Shown: piece after piece, positions 1-8,632 of the stretch | Numbering within the stretch: position 1 is the stretch's first letter | Layout: each line of letters begins with the position of its first letter | Assembly: GCA_964647565.1 (NCBI GenBank) | Contig: CAZYIM010000001.1 | Location: 32,001 to 96,000 of the forward strand | Length of the DNA: 64,000 bases | Source: an uncultured Methanosarcinales archaeon | GTDB taxonomy: Archaea > Nanobdellota > Nanobdellia > Woesearchaeales > CAZYIM01 | Reading direction: 5' to 3' | Position numbers and translations under genes: made by a program | The notes under the pieces: generated by a model | Seen by the model: the letters and a program-made list of their open reading frames with translations, nothing else | Told to the model about the DNA's origin: nothing | The model's database searches: none

Positions 1-89
1 ACATTATCTTGTATAGATTTGAGCCAATGGTTGAATAGAAATTCCTCTGCGTTACTGTCTGCACATATTAAAATAACATTCTTCATCAT
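1..89 (-). CDS. 5' part of a CDS running off the window edge (MMKNVILICADSNAEEFLFNHWLKSIQDN...), possibly glycosyltransferase-like
   Basis: ATG at 89 on the minus strand; frame is open to position 1; translated by hand. Confidence 0.4.
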   Translation of the reverse strand, partial: MMKNVILICADSNAEEFLFNHWLKSIQDN

Positions 90-145
90 ATACCCTTATA
101 AAAAAATATTTTCAATGCAGAATATTTAAACCTTGCGGTAAGAAT

Positions 146-544
146 TTATCTGCTTTGTTCTTTTAGATTCTTTTTATAAGTCAGTTTATACTCTAAGAGT
201 CCAAAATAGTTCCCAAAAAGCATACAAGGCATTGTTATCGGGTGCCTCTTAAATAAATTTTTAGGTGTAATCCCAGAATTATTCTCAGCATCAGACTTTA
301 CAAAATAATATGCTGCGATTTCAGTCACATATTCCTTGACTCCGAAAAAACCCAAGATTGCTGCATTTCTTCCGTTTCCTTTGGACAACTCAATTCCACC
401 CCATATCAATAAGGCATAAGCATCCGGAGCATATAAAAACGTCTTTAAGAAAGGCAAACCTATATTTTTAAGTTTCTCCTTAATATTATACTTTGATTTT
501 GGAGCTTTACCAATTACTGAATCGATTGTGGTGTCCTGGTTCAT
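146..544 (-). CDS. hypothetical protein, possibly membrane-associated
   Basis: 132-aa ORF with hydrophobic stretches and an upstream TATA-like box. Confidence 0.55.
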   Translation of the reverse strand: MNQDTTIDSVIGKAPKSKYNIKEKLKNIGLPFLKTFLYAPDAYALLIWGGIELSKGNGRNAAILGFFGVKEYVTEIAAYYFVKSDAENNSGITPKNLFKRHPITMPCMLFGNYFGLLEYKLTYKKNLKEQSR

Positions 545-633
545 GATAAAAATTAAAATTAGATATAATTTATAAAACTTTTTGAAAAATTGCTATTAGA
601 GAGTGAAAACAAATTATTAGGCATATGGAATTT

Positions 634-665
634 TTCCGGTTTTTCCTGCTAAAGATTTATTAATC
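634..665 (+). repeat. copy 1 of a 32-bp intergenic motif (TCCGG-T-tract-C...ATTTATTAA)
   Basis: TTCCGGTTTTTCCTGCTAAAGATTTATTAATC aligns without gaps to copies at 5682, 6417, 7793 and 8581. Confidence 0.65.
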
Positions 666-701
666 AGATTTATCCATTATGAAAAACAAAAAAACTTATA
701 T

Positions 702-720
702 ACTATAGTTGAACTATAGT
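702..720. promoter_or_regulatory. palindromic operator of the MazEF-like TA operon
   Basis: Perfect inverted repeat ACTATAGTT-G-AACTATAGT between a TATA-like box (CTTATATA) and the antitoxin ATG. Confidence 0.7.
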
Positions 721-725
721 CAGTT

Positions 726-950
726 ATGATCACAACAATCCAGCTAAGTGAAAAAATAAAGATGGCTCTGAGCAAGATGAAAAAAAACAACAGGGAAACA
801 TATGAAGAAGTCATAGTCCGTATGATAAAGACAATCAATGATTCTAAATCCGACAAGGAAAGCCTATTAAGAGAAGGCTATAAGGAAATGGCCAAAACCA
901 CTGAAAAGACTCATAAAGAATGGTCTTTGACTGATTCCGGGTGGGATTAA
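726..950 (+). CDS. antitoxin (RHH/MazE-like)
   Basis: TTIQLS...ETYEEVI RHH-like N-terminus; acidic tail ending EW...D; 1 nt upstream of the toxin gene. Confidence 0.8.
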   Translation: MITTIQLSEKIKMALSKMKKNNRETYEEVIVRMIKTINDSKSDKESLLREGYKEMAKTTEKTHKEWSLTDSGWD

Positions 951-951
951 G

Positions 952-1296
952 ATGAAGATTAAAAGAGGCCAGATTGTAATGGTTAAGCTCGATCCTGTTG
1001 TCGGCTCAGAACAGGGAAAGACCAGGCCTGCATTGATCATCCAGAATGATATTGGTAACGAGTTCAGTCCTGTAACGATCGTAGCACCAATAACATCCCG
1101 AATAATTGACAAACAATATCCCACTAACGTACAGATAAGCAAAAAAGAATCAGGCTTGGATAAGGAATCCACAATCCTGTTAAATCAGATCAGGACAATT
1201 GACAAGACCAGGATAATCAAACCATTACGGATTCTAAACCAGGACCTGCTGGCTGATGTTGATTCTGCAATAAAGATAAGTCTTGGCCTGGAATGA
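952..1296 (+). CDS. mazF: MazF/PemK family endoribonuclease toxin
   Basis: RGQIVMVKLDPVVGSEQGKTRPALIIQND, VAPITS and QIRTIDKTR motifs. Confidence 0.93.
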   Translation: MKIKRGQIVMVKLDPVVGSEQGKTRPALIIQNDIGNEFSPVTIVAPITSRIIDKQYPTNVQISKKESGLDKESTILLNQIRTIDKTRIIKPLRILNQDLLADVDSAIKISLGLE

Positions 1297-1401
1297 TTGT
1301 AACAGAAAAACACTTCTAAAACATAGAGATTTTACCACAAATATCTTTATAAAAAAAATTTAAATTTTGAAAACATAGAAAAAAACTAGAGGTGTTTTAT
1401 A

Positions 1402-2703
1402 GTGAATCCAGAGTTATCTGAACATTTTGCATCAAGAAAGCCGTCAGCCATCAGGCTGGCACAGATTGAGTTTGCGAAAAGAAACGACAAAACAATAGCA
1501 GTCAATACTGCAATAGGTAATGTATCATTGCCAATGCACCCTGCAATGATTGAGCGGATGAAGAATCTTGGAGGAGCGGGCAGCCCATTTGTCAAAGGCA
1601 TAGTCAAATACACATCAACAGTGGGCGTGGAAGAATCCAACAAGGCTTTCCTGAATATCATAGCCTCAAGCGGCTTTAAGACAGATAATCTATATTCACA
1701 GATCACTGACGGCGGAAGCCAGGCAATGGAACTAATAATTCTTGGCACATGCGGACCTGCAGGCAGCGATATTAAACCTTTGCTATTAATCGATGCATCA
1801 TACACCAACTATTCAGCTATGGCACAGCGGCTTGGCAGGAAAACAATCTCTGTGAGGAGGAACCTGCACGAACATGGCAAGTTCAGCCTGCCCGACATAA
1901 ATGAGATCGAGAGGGTTATTGAAGAGTTCAAGCCAGGAGCAATGATCGTCATCCCATATGATAATCCTACAGGTCATTTCTATGACCATAAGACGATGGT
2001 GGAACTTGGCCAGCTTTGTGTCAAGCACAACATGTGGATGATAAGCGATGAGGCATACAGAGAGCTGCACTATGTCGATCACGACACATCAAGCATCTGG
2101 GGACTTCTGGATGACGAAGTGCCAGGCATAGAAGGAAGAAGGATAAGCATTGAGACTGCATCCAAGGTCTGGAATGCTTGCGGACTCAGGATAGGTGCAT
2201 TGGTAACTGATAACGAAGATTATCATAAAGCGTCTGTTGCTGAAAACACCGCAAACCTTTGCTCCAATGCAATTGGCCAATATATCTTTGGTGCAATGGC
2301 ACAAGAAAGTCAAGAAGACTTAAAGACTTGGTATTCTAAACAAAGAAAATACTATCATAACATGATGTCAATGATGACCCAGGAGATTAAGCAAAGATTG
2401 CCGGGCGTCATCATTTCAAGTCCAGACGCATCCATATACTCTGTTGTGGATGTAAGGGATATAGCTAAACCAGGTTTCAATGCACTCGATTTTGTCTTGT
2501 TCTGTGCAAAAGAGGGCAAAGTGAATGTTGATGGCAAACAGACAACCCTGTTGGTCTCACCTATGGCAGGATTCTATAATGTAGAAGAAGGTCAAGAAAA
2601 TCCAGGGGATACCCAGATGAGAATAGCCTATGTAGAGACTCCTGAAAACATGGCTAAGGTGCCGTTATTGTTTACAGATCTTTTCAATCAGTACAATAAA
2701 TAA
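1402..2703 (+). CDS. PLP-dependent class I/II aminotransferase
   Basis: DNPTG, ISDEAY and TASKVWNACGLRIG (PLP lysine) motifs; C-terminal MRIAY. Confidence 0.9.
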   Translation: MNPELSEHFASRKPSAIRLAQIEFAKRNDKTIAVNTAIGNVSLPMHPAMIERMKNLGGAGSPFVKGIVKYTSTVGVEESNKAFLNIIASSGFKTDNLYSQITDGGSQAMELIILGTCGPAGSDIKPLLLIDASYTNYSAMAQRLGRKTISVRRNLHEHGKFSLPDINEIERVIEEFKPGAMIVIPYDNPTGHFYDHKTMVELGQLCVKHNMWMISDEAYRELHYVDHDTSSIWGLLDDEVPGIEGRRISIETASKVWNACGLRIGALVTDNEDYHKASVAENTANLCSNAIGQYIFGAMAQESQEDLKTWYSKQRKYYHNMMSMMTQEIKQRLPGVIISSPDASIYSVVDVRDIAKPGFNALDFVLFCAKEGKVNVDGKQTTLLVSPMAGFYNVEEGQENPGDTQMRIAYVETPENMAKVPLLFTDLFNQYNK

Positions 2704-2754
2704 ACCCATTGACAGAATCTACACTTGAGGTATGCGAGATAAAGAGGTGAATCC

Positions 2755-4239
2755 TCAAGATTTTTTCTTTTTCTTGGATTTTTCTTTTTCTTCTAGACCA
2801 AACCAGTTCTTGATTTTGACCTCAGTAACATCTGAACTATCACCACTATATATATAAGGCATGTCGCTGAGCTGATCCTTCGTGATATTTTCAAGGATTC
2901 CAGGATTCTCTGAAATTATTTTATGTACTACAGTTCTATGATCACGAAATTTATTCCCTGTCAGGATCACTGCAAGCTTGGCTTCTTTGGAAAGCTTTCT
3001 GATATCGATTCCCTCTGGTAAATAAGATCTCAGCTGTTCAGCGCCTTTTGCGCTGCGCCTTGCAGCATACATCACATTCTTGAAAAGCTGCTTGGCTTTG
3101 CCAAACTGAGATAGTTTAAGGATATTTTCTGCAATATAACTGACATCTTCAGGGCTTTCACGGCACGCAGCGTATCCAATCGCTGCTTTTGCCAGATGAG
3201 GCCCCATCTTGTCAATAGCCCTTAACTTATTAAGCACAGGTTCCTTGGTTATGCTATTTGCGAACTTAACAAGAGATGTACCGCCAAACTCAGTGCCAAG
3301 AGCAATATATACTTCTTCTGGAAGTTTTGCATCCTTTATCTTCTCAGCAGCATCCAATACATCTTCTGGCCTCTCAGAGATTTTAGTTCGGCCCAAACGT
3401 GCATAGCTTGAATCATTCATTTTCTGGATAACATGATCAACAAATGCAGCTCTTCCAGTCTCAAACAAAGTTTCAGCTCTTCTGACTGTATCTGCAAATG
3501 TATTATCATCCCAGGCATATCGATCTGCAGACTTGTTAAACTTAGGAAGCGAATATGTCCAATCTTTGTTTTTCATTGAATTATACTTATTAGTGAAGGA
3601 TCGGATTGCTTTTACCAGTCCCAGATCATTAACCTTGATTCCAGGATCAATAGCTGATAAATCATCTTTGTCTTTTAATTCCGCATAGAAACTAAATATC
3701 TCATCAACAATTGCTCGATAGTTTTCAGCATTATATCCCTCAATAGCTAACTGTAAAGCTGAAATTAATTCAGAACTTCCTGATGCTTTTTCAATCATCA
3801 TATCTGTTATTTCAGATTGTCCATATACTGCTTGTCGGATAGTCAGATCTATAGCAGGGTTGCTACCGAAATTATATTTATGAGGAAATTGGTTTTCAAC
3901 AGCAGATAGCTGTTCTTTAATATGAGGATTTTCCAGATTCTCTGTTGCAGTCATTGCAGCCTGATAATTATTCTCTACAATATCTGCCAACTCTCTTGCA
4001 ACAGTCGTCCTATGATCAAACTCAGGATATGACGCAATTGCAGCACCGATCCTTGCTCCGTTCTCTGTATAGACTGCCAAGGCTGCAGGAAGAATATCTT
4101 TATATTTTGGCGACATCGCCAAAAGTTCAACAGAATCAACAAACGAGTGATCTTCGTGTGTTAGCTTGAACGCATTCATAGCATCGCCATATGATATTGC
4201 CACCTGGGCCATCATGGCTTTTCCCGAGTTATTTTTCAT
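2755..4239 (-). CDS. hypothetical helical protein with a basic C-terminal tail
   Basis: 494-aa ORF; GGTGG RBS; no motif recognised. Confidence 0.7.
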   Translation of the reverse strand: MKNNSGKAMMAQVAISYGDAMNAFKLTHEDHSFVDSVELLAMSPKYKDILPAALAVYTENGARIGAAIASYPEFDHRTTVARELADIVENNYQAAMTATENLENPHIKEQLSAVENQFPHKYNFGSNPAIDLTIRQAVYGQSEITDMMIEKASGSSELISALQLAIEGYNAENYRAIVDEIFSFYAELKDKDDLSAIDPGIKVNDLGLVKAIRSFTNKYNSMKNKDWTYSLPKFNKSADRYAWDDNTFADTVRRAETLFETGRAAFVDHVIQKMNDSSYARLGRTKISERPEDVLDAAEKIKDAKLPEEVYIALGTEFGGTSLVKFANSITKEPVLNKLRAIDKMGPHLAKAAIGYAACRESPEDVSYIAENILKLSQFGKAKQLFKNVMYAARRSAKGAEQLRSYLPEGIDIRKLSKEAKLAVILTGNKFRDHRTVVHKIISENPGILENITKDQLSDMPYIYSGDSSDVTEVKIKNWFGLEEKEKSKKKKKS

Positions 4240-4375
4240 AAAACACCACCCTCACACATTGATAACCACTCAGAAATGGTTTAAAATTAATAAAACTTTC
4301 TGTTTGTGTGTGTGATTTTTCCCTGACTTGCTATTAAGAAAGTTACTCTCTTTGTATACCAAGCAAAATACCCAT

Positions 4376-5563
4376 CTAAATATTTTTTTTCAATCTTAAT
4401 GCTACTTCATCTATGAACTCCTCACTAAAATAAGATCGTTTAGGAACTGGCTTAGCTAGAGCTGCAAGATCTTTGGTCATTATCCCAGATTCAATTGTTT
4501 CGATGACTGCGGCTTCCAGAGTCTCAGCAAATCCAATCACCTTAGGTGTCTTATCCAGCTTTCCTCTCCTTCTTATAGCTCCTGTCCATGCAAAGATTGA
4601 GGCTACAGGATTGGTTGATGTTGGGTTTCCTTTCATATGCTCTCTGTAATGCCTAACAACTGTCCCGTGCGCAGCCTCATATTCATATTCACCTTCAGGA
4701 GAGACTAATACAGACGTCATAAGGCCTAAACTCCCAAAGCCTGCTGCGACCATGTCCGACATAATATCACCCTCATAGTTCATGCACGCCCAAATGATAC
4801 CTCCCTCATTCTTCATGATCTGTGCAACAGCATCATCGATCAGCAAATATCTATACCTGTTTTCAATACCAGCCAGTCTCATCTCTTCAAGGAATATTTC
4901 CTTGAATCTGGCATGATAATTCTTTGATATTGTGTCTTTTGTTGCAAACCAGACAGGATAATCATTATTCTCTGCATATTTGGCGCAAGACTTGGCAAAA
5001 CTTCTAATAGACGCCTCAGTATTAAACATTCCCTTGATTACACCTGGACCCGAGAAATCGTTTATCTTAAGAGAAATCCCCTTACCTTTTATTGGATTAT
5101 AAACAAGACAGGCATTACCTGCAGAAGGAACCCTAAAATCAACACTGGTGTAAATATCACCATAAGCATGCCGGGCTATGATAATTGGTTTGTTCCAACT
5201 CCTGACAAAAGGTGGTATATTTTTTACAAGGATAGGTTTTCTAAAGACTGTACCATCTAGAAACGATCTTATGGTGATGTTCGGGCTTGAGTATTGTCTC
5301 TTTAGACTGAACTCCTCCACTCTTTCTTCATTAGGAGTTATTGTTGCGCATTTGACACCCACTTTGTATTTCTTGATTGCTTTTGCAGCATCAGTTGTTA
5401 TATTATCATCGGTTTCGTCCCTTTTTTGAATTCCCAGATCAAAGTATTTAAGTTCAACATCAAGGAATGGGCAGATAAGCTTTTCCTTGATCATCTTCCA
5501 AAGCACTCTTGTCATTTCATCGCCATCCAGTTCAACAATCGGATTAGTTGCTTTTATCATCAT
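4376..5563 (-). CDS. icd: NADP-dependent isocitrate dehydrogenase (type II, eukaryote/bacterial-like)
   Basis: [50 protein letters not shown] and [10 protein letters not shown] motifs. Confidence 0.95.
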   Translation of the reverse strand: MMIKATNPIVELDGDEMTRVLWKMIKEKLICPFLDVELKYFDLGIQKRDETDDNITTDAAKAIKKYKVGVKCATITPNEERVEEFSLKRQYSSPNITIRSFLDGTVFRKPILVKNIPPFVRSWNKPIIIARHAYGDIYTSVDFRVPSAGNACLVYNPIKGKGISLKINDFSGPGVIKGMFNTEASIRSFAKSCAKYAENNDYPVWFATKDTISKNYHARFKEIFLEEMRLAGIENRYRYLLIDDAVAQIMKNEGGIIWACMNYEGDIMSDMVAAGFGSLGLMTSVLVSPEGEYEYEAAHGTVVRHYREHMKGNPTSTNPVASIFAWTGAIRRRGKLDKTPKVIGFAETLEAAVIETIESGIMTKDLAALAKPVPKRSYFSEEFIDEVALRLKKNI

Positions 5564-5681
5564 ATATTCACCTCTACATATTCCCCTCTAGATCGAAAAC
5601 CAAGTCTATTTCAGAACCTAGTATGATAATTTGAAAACCCTTTATAAACTTATTGGGGATGTACAAAATAATGTTCAGATT

Positions 5682-5713
5682 TTCCAGTCTTTCTCCATAG
5701 AGATATATCAAAT
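5682..5713 (+). repeat. copy 2 (degenerate) of the 32-bp intergenic motif
   Basis: TTCCAGTCTTTCTCCATAGAGATATATCAAAT; closest to the copy at 8581. Confidence 0.6.
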
Positions 5714-5726
5714 AGAAATTCTATTA

Positions 5727-6323
5727 TCACAAACCATTAAGTATGACATTCCGAAATTTGGCAGGCGGACTTCTTTCTAGCTTGAACACCTTTTCAGATG
5801 TATCAAAACCATGCTTAACCATCATATCCTGGAACTTTAAGAAAATCTTATAGGTAGCTTGGGCATCTGCCATGGCCCTATGGGCCTGGTCATTGACAAC
5901 ATTGAAATGCTCACACAAGAATGCGAGTCTCCTGCTAGGAAGGCTGGGCAATAGTCTGGTTGTCAGCTTACAGGTACATAACCGCTCGTTTGTAAATGAT
6001 CTATCCAAATGCTGTTCTGCATTGTGATTAAGAAAGCCATAGTCAAATGTTGCGTTATGGGCAATCATCACCCTGGAGCCCATGAACCTTAAGAATCTTG
6101 GCAGGATCTTGTTGATAGGTTTGGCCTTTGCAACCATGTCATCGTCTATGCCAGTCAATCTGGTTATGAAACTTGGGATGTGCACTCCTGGATTCACGAG
6201 TGATTGGAATTCATCCTTGACTTCACCATCTTTCACTTTCACTGCAGCCAGCTCTGTTATCTGATGACGTCTCTTGGATAAACCTGTGGTCTCTATATCA
6301 ACAACAACATAATCATCTATCAA
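5727..6323 (-). CDS. DEDDh 3'-5' exonuclease (DnaQ / Pol III epsilon-like)
   Basis: VVDIETTG, AHNATFD and HRAMADA motifs; TTG start at 6323 chosen from a GGTGA RBS and upstream TTTATATA. Confidence 0.9.
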   Translation of the reverse strand: MIDDYVVVDIETTGLSKRRHQITELAAVKVKDGEVKDEFQSLVNPGVHIPSFITRLTGIDDDMVAKAKPINKILPRFLRFMGSRVMIAHNATFDYGFLNHNAEQHLDRSFTNERLCTCKLTTRLLPSLPSRRLAFLCEHFNVVNDQAHRAMADAQATYKIFLKFQDMMVKHGFDTSEKVFKLERSPPAKFRNVILNGL

Positions 6324-6416
6324 CTTTTCACCTATATTTTTCGTAAGATAGACATATATAAAGTTTGTTGGACTGGAAAACAATGTTTGGCAAAGATGTC
6401 TTATTGATCCTAGAAT

Positions 6417-6448
6417 ATCCGGAGTTTCCTCAAAGAAATTTACTGAAA
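6417..6448 (+). repeat. copy 3 of the 32-bp intergenic motif
   Basis: ATCCGGAGTTTCCTCAAAGAAATTTACTGAAA; shares TTTCCTCAAAGAAATTTA with the copy at 7793. Confidence 0.7.
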
Positions 6449-6449
6449 G

Positions 6450-7649
6450 TTATTTATCTAATTCGCTCAGGTTTCCCTTATATCCTATAGATATTGTGCT
6501 TTGACTAGATAATGGAAAACCCGGTAGATAAACTGAGGTGTTATCTAAGAATAATGATTGGTAATTTACTGCTTTTGAAGTCCGAGCCCCAAGCTGTCCC
6601 ATCTTATTTGTAAATCGGGCCATGAATTCTGCAGCAGTATCGCATTCAAGATCCGATAGGGAGAATGAATATGTGTTTTTTTCATATTGCTCTTTACTTA
6701 ATCCGATCTGATTTCCTTTAGTTCCAACAAGCTGGATTCCACCCATACCAGGGATCTCCTCTGGCATGTTATCCAGATCAAACCATTGCGAACCATTAGT
6801 CAGGCATCCTGTAAAAACAGGATCTGGTACAGCTGCAAAACCACAAGCCCTGTATCCGAACTCTTTTGCCAACTGAGTATATGCTTCAAGGGGCGATTGC
6901 CCTTTAAGGAAAAACGAATAACCGATCCCAGTTGCTTGACCCCTAAGTGATCTTAAGTCCTCTGCTTTCATCCCCTTACTGAACTGTTTATGTTTTTCAA
7001 CTATAAAGCTTGTGTCAAACATCTTAAAATTATAAACATGCTCGTTTAACGAAGCCACTTTTGAAAACAAGTCAGCATGACCACTTCTTGCTGCTAAAGC
7101 ATAGTTTAATACTGATTTTCCCTGAAGATCGTGTTCATCTTTAAATATATGCTTGTCAATTACGATTAATCCTTTGCAAACAGGATCTGGAGAGAATTTT
7201 TTCCTTGCCCATTCTTTTAGGTTCCATAATTTCATTGCAGCTTCCCATTTAGTCATGGATAATAGCTCATATTTATCGGGAACTTTTTTTAATGGTGAAC
7301 CGTTTATTATAATATTTTCCTGAGGCGCTACTTGAGTTGAATTTTTTTCTACAAGGGTTTTTGTTTTTCTTGGTTGACCAAGTTTTTTCTGCTGATTATC
7401 CGGAAATATTTCAAAATAGATCCCAAAATTATCTGGCTCCGATAATGTCTCTAATTGATGTGCATATACATTCTGGTCTTTAAAATAGTCCAGAAGTTGT
7501 GATTTGGTCTCTTCGGGTGTTAGCTTAACACCAAAGTTAAACCTATTGAAGATTATATCTGCACCACCTTCGATGATCCCTTTACTGACATCATTAAAAT
7601 TCATATTATGGATTTTATCTGGTTCTACATCCAATTTTATATTTTCCAT
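6450..7649 (-). CDS. hypothetical protein
   Basis: About 400-aa ORF with no recognised motif; start uncertain (7649-7703). Confidence 0.7.
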   Translation of the reverse strand: MENIKLDVEPDKIHNMNFNDVSKGIIEGGADIIFNRFNFGVKLTPEETKSQLLDYFKDQNVYAHQLETLSEPDNFGIYFEIFPDNQQKKLGQPRKTKTLVEKNSTQVAPQENIIINGSPLKKVPDKYELLSMTKWEAAMKLWNLKEWARKKFSPDPVCKGLIVIDKHIFKDEHDLQGKSVLNYALAARSGHADLFSKVASLNEHVYNFKMFDTSFIVEKHKQFSKGMKAEDLRSLRGQATGIGYSFFLKGQSPLEAYTQLAKEFGYRACGFAAVPDPVFTGCLTNGSQWFDLDNMPEEIPGMGGIQLVGTKGNQIGLSKEQYEKNTYSFSLSDLECDTAAEFMARFTNKMGQLGARTSKAVNYQSLFLDNTSVYLPGFPLSSQSTISIGYKGNLSELDK

Positions 7650-7792
7650 TAATACAGGTAACATCTTATAAAGGATTAAAACCACATTTATAAATGTTGC
7701 CACTATACAGGAGTTTAAATTGCTTATGTTTCCGTTAATAATAAAAGAACAATAAAATCCACAAAGAATATATTCACTTTTTTCTAAAAATG

Positions 7793-7848
7793 CTCCGGTT
7801 TTTCCTCAAAGAAATTTATTAAGCAACCATTCTTAAAATCCAATTAGA
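7793..7848 (+). repeat. copy 4 of the motif; extended duplicate of the promoter region of the TctA-family gene
   Basis: CTCCGGTTTTTCCTCAAAGAAATTTATTAAGCAACCATTCTTAAAATCCAATTAGA compared with 8581-8633. Confidence 0.75.
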
Positions 7849-7863
7849 TATAGAAAAGTTTAT

Positions 7864-7884
7864 ATATAACATGATATGTTATAT
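7864..7884. promoter_or_regulatory. palindromic operator of the second TA operon
   Basis: ATATAACAT-GAT-ATGTTATAT overlapping the TATA-like box TTTATATA. Confidence 0.65.
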
Positions 7885-7902
7885 GATTTATGAGGTTATA
7901 CA

Positions 7903-8199
7903 TTGCGGAAGGTCATATTGAACCAGGATTTCCTGATCGAAGAGAATCTAAGAATTGTGAAAAGATTGTGGAAGGTAGACAAAACTTCAGATTTTCCTCA
8001 GGGCCAGGAGTTTTCAATACAGCTATTGCAACAGTTAGCAGGCTACTGGATTCAAATAGCCAGAATAGACAATCAGAAACACAAGAGAAAACCTGGTGTG
8101 CACATTCATAAATTAAACGGTTTTGTGATTTGGGAAGACATGACATTTAAAGAAGCTGTGAAAAGAATTTCGAATATAGCCCAACACACCAGAAGGTAG
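7903..8199 (+). CDS. DUF6516/TumE-like putative toxin
   Basis: LWKV...FPQG.EFSIQ...RIDN...HIH pattern; paired with a downstream HTH gene. Confidence 0.65.
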   Translation: MRKVILNQDFLIEENLRIVKRLWKVDKTSDFPQGQEFSIQLLQQLAGYWIQIARIDNQKHKRKPGVHIHKLNGFVIWEDMTFKEAVKRISNIAQHTRR

Positions 8200-8203
8200 A
8201 AAA

Positions 8204-8566
8204 ATGAGAATTGAGATCGTTAATGAAATTTTTAAGAGAATGAAGACAGATGATGGCTATGTTGAAGCTGCGATTAATGATAAAATAGAGATTGATCCAA
8301 AAAAGGCAGAGAAGACCTTGATCATGACCCCTGCGGTTTTTGCAAAAGTATTCTCACCTCAAAGAATGCACCTGATCCTTAAGGTAAGTAAGAACAACAT
8401 CCAGAACATCTATCAGATCGCAAAAGATCTAAATCGGAAATACGCAGCAGTGCACAGGGATATCTCATATCTGAAAAGCATAGGTATTCTCAAACTCAGG
8501 AAGAAGAACAAAAAGGTTATCCCTTACATTGCAGAAAATATCATGATGCCAAAGATACCCGCCTAA
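8204..8566 (+). CDS. winged-HTH putative antitoxin (HVO_A0114-like)
   Basis: KVFSPQRMHLI...IYQIAKDLNRKYAAVHRDISYLKSIGIL...VIP. Confidence 0.75.
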   Translation: MRIEIVNEIFKRMKTDDGYVEAAINDKIEIDPKKAEKTLIMTPAVFAKVFSPQRMHLILKVSKNNIQNIYQIAKDLNRKYAAVHRDISYLKSIGILKLRKKNKKVIPYIAENIMMPKIPA

Positions 8567-8580
8567 GATATCCAAGATAT

Positions 8581-8632
8581 TTCCGGTTTTTCTCCAGAGA
8601 GATTTATTAAGCAATCCTTCCAAAATCAATAG
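8581..8632 (+). promoter_or_regulatory. copy 5 of the motif; contains the probable BRE/TATA of the TctA-family gene
   Basis: TTCCGGTTTTTCTCCAGAGAGATTTATTAAGC; TATA lies about 25-30 nt before ATG 8633. Confidence 0.7.

Noticed and set aside
5681..6379. 9-bp inverted pair TTTCCAGTC / GACTGGAAA flanking the DnaQ-like gene as IS terminal repeats
   Set aside because: Too short, no transposase, and no target duplication seen; more simply related to the promoter-proximal motif.
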